A stretch of DNA of 32,000 nucleotides from Pasteurella multocida (GTDB lineage: Bacteria > Pseudomonadota > Gammaproteobacteria > Enterobacterales > Pasteurellaceae): contig NZ_LT906458.1 of assembly GCF_900187275.1 (NCBI RefSeq), forward strand, positions 120,001-152,000, in the 5' to 3' direction. Position numbers and translations under genes: made by a program. This document shows, piece after piece, positions 30,957-32,000 of the stretch. The notes under the pieces are model-generated. The model had not been told where the DNA came from and did not search any database. It saw nothing but the letters and a program-made list of their open reading frames with translations. Numbering within the stretch: the first letter of the stretch is position 1; each line of letters opens with the position of its first letter.

Positions 30957-32000
30957 TTACCCCCATAGATGTATGTGATTATTTTGTTGAGTGTAAATTA
31001 AGTCTGCTAATTCTGTGACAGGTTGATATCCTGTCGGTGCATTGCGCAAAATGTCATGAATTTTTTGATAATCTGATTTTTTACATGCACGCTCCAATTC
31101 GTCTAAGAGTAAGGACAACTCCGAAAAAGGAAGACATGTTTCTTGCGCGGTTAGGATTCGTGGATGCAACGTTTTTCTGACATTTTCTCCGCCAATGAGG
31201 AGTTCTTCATAAAGTTTTTCTCCGGGACGTAAGCCCGTGAATTTAATTTCAATATCACCATTTGGATTGTTTTCATTTTTGATACTGAGACCGGAAAGTA
31301 AAATTAATTTCTTCGCTAATTCAAGAATCTTAACGGGTTCGCCCATATCGAGGATAAACACATCTCCTCCTTTTGCCATAGCCCCTGCCTGAATAACAAG
31401 CTGTGCAGCTTCAGGGATCGTCATGAAATAACGGATGATACGTTCGTCTGTTACAGTAATCGGTCCCCCTTCTTTAATTTGTTGTTTAAATAAAGGAATA
31501 ACAGAGCCTGAGGAACCTAATACATTGCCAAAACGGACCATACAAAAAAGGGTTTTATGGACGACGCCGTCTAGGGTTTTACCATAGGTATCGGCACAGG
31601 CTTGTAAACACAATTCTGCAACACGTTTTGTTGTGCCCATCACATTTGTGGGTCTTACGGCTTTATCGGTAGAAATTAATACAAAGGCATCGACTTGGCA
31701 TCGCATCGCCGCTTTAGCTGCGTTATATGTGCCAAAAATGTTGTTGTATACCGCTTGTATGACATTGTATTCAACTAATGGAACATGTTTATACGCAGCA
31801 GCATGGTATACCGTATTAACTTCAAAAGTTTGCATGACTTTGATAAGCAGCTTGAGATTTTGTACAGAGCCTAACAGTGGGATAATTTCCACGTGTGTTC
31901 CTTTCTCTTGCTGAATATGTAATAACTCAAGATGGATAGAGTAGAGGGCATATTCTGAAACATCAAACAGTACTAATTTCGTCGGATGATTTAACAGAAT
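30957..32000 (-). CDS. Nucleoside-diphosphate-sugar 4,6-dehydratase/epimerase (CapD/WbpM/FlaA1-like), 5' end outside window
   Basis: Frame is open to the edge: ILLNHPTKLVLFDVSEYALYSIHLELLHIQQEKGTHVEIIPLLGS... continues into YHAAAYKHVPLVEYN, ISTDKAVRPTNVMGTTKR. The ORF-track GTG at 31892 is internal. Confidence 0.9.
   Translation of the reverse strand: MLLNHPTKLVLFDVSEYALYSIHLELLHIQQEKGTHVEIIPLLGSVQNLKLLIKVMQTFEVNTVYHAAAYKHVPLVEYNVIQAVYNNIFGTYNAAKAAMRCQVDAFVLISTDKAVRPTNVMGTTKRVAELCLQACADTYGKTLDGVVHKTLFCMVRFGNVLGSSGSVIPLFKQQIKEGGPITVTDERIIRYFMTIPEAAQLVIQAGAMAKGGDVFILDMGEPVKILELAKKLILLSGLSIKNENNPNGDIEIKFTGLRPGEKLYEELLIGGENVRKTLHPRILTAQETCLPFSELSLLLDELERACKKSDYQKIHDILRNAPTGYQPVTELADLIYTQQNNHIHLWG

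Noticed and set aside
31633-31914. 93-aa plus-strand ORF within the dehydratase gene
   Set aside because: Antisense to conserved dehydratase motifs (TDKAVRPTNVMGTTKR).

Overview
This window is a Pasteurellaceae chromosomal segment. It carries at least 12 exact Hin-type uptake signal sequences (AAGTGCGGT or its complement ACCGCACTT), and almost all ORFs are recognisable core genes. In order: 3' end of an eptA-type phosphoethanolamine transferase; mfd; mglBAC and a galR/galS-type regulator (minus strand) divergent from galT-galK-galM; corC-lnt; infA (minus); rffG/rfbB; pepB; ndk; metK; sprT; an opacity-type outer-membrane protein; htpG; an ArsC/YffB-family protein; dapE overlapping an M15-type peptidase; nudF; cpdA; then a minus-strand surface-polysaccharide module wza-wzb-wzc preceded by a CapD/WbpM/FlaA1-type dehydratase that runs off the window end. 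I see no CRISPR array, transposon, prophage, rRNA, or defence-like or otherwise unprecedented gene cassette. The more interesting signals are regulatory. The mglB promoter has predicted CRP and Gal-operator sites at -41.5 and -60.5, the spacing known from the E. coli gal promoter. Paired Gal-operator-like sites sit about 131-132 bp apart in both control regions. A terminator-like hairpin lies between mglB and mglA, and three tandem MetJ-like boxes follow the predicted metK promoter. Several terminator-like hairpins sit directly before downstream start codons, and two inverted uptake sequences are built into terminators. No tools were used, so all site matches are by eye.
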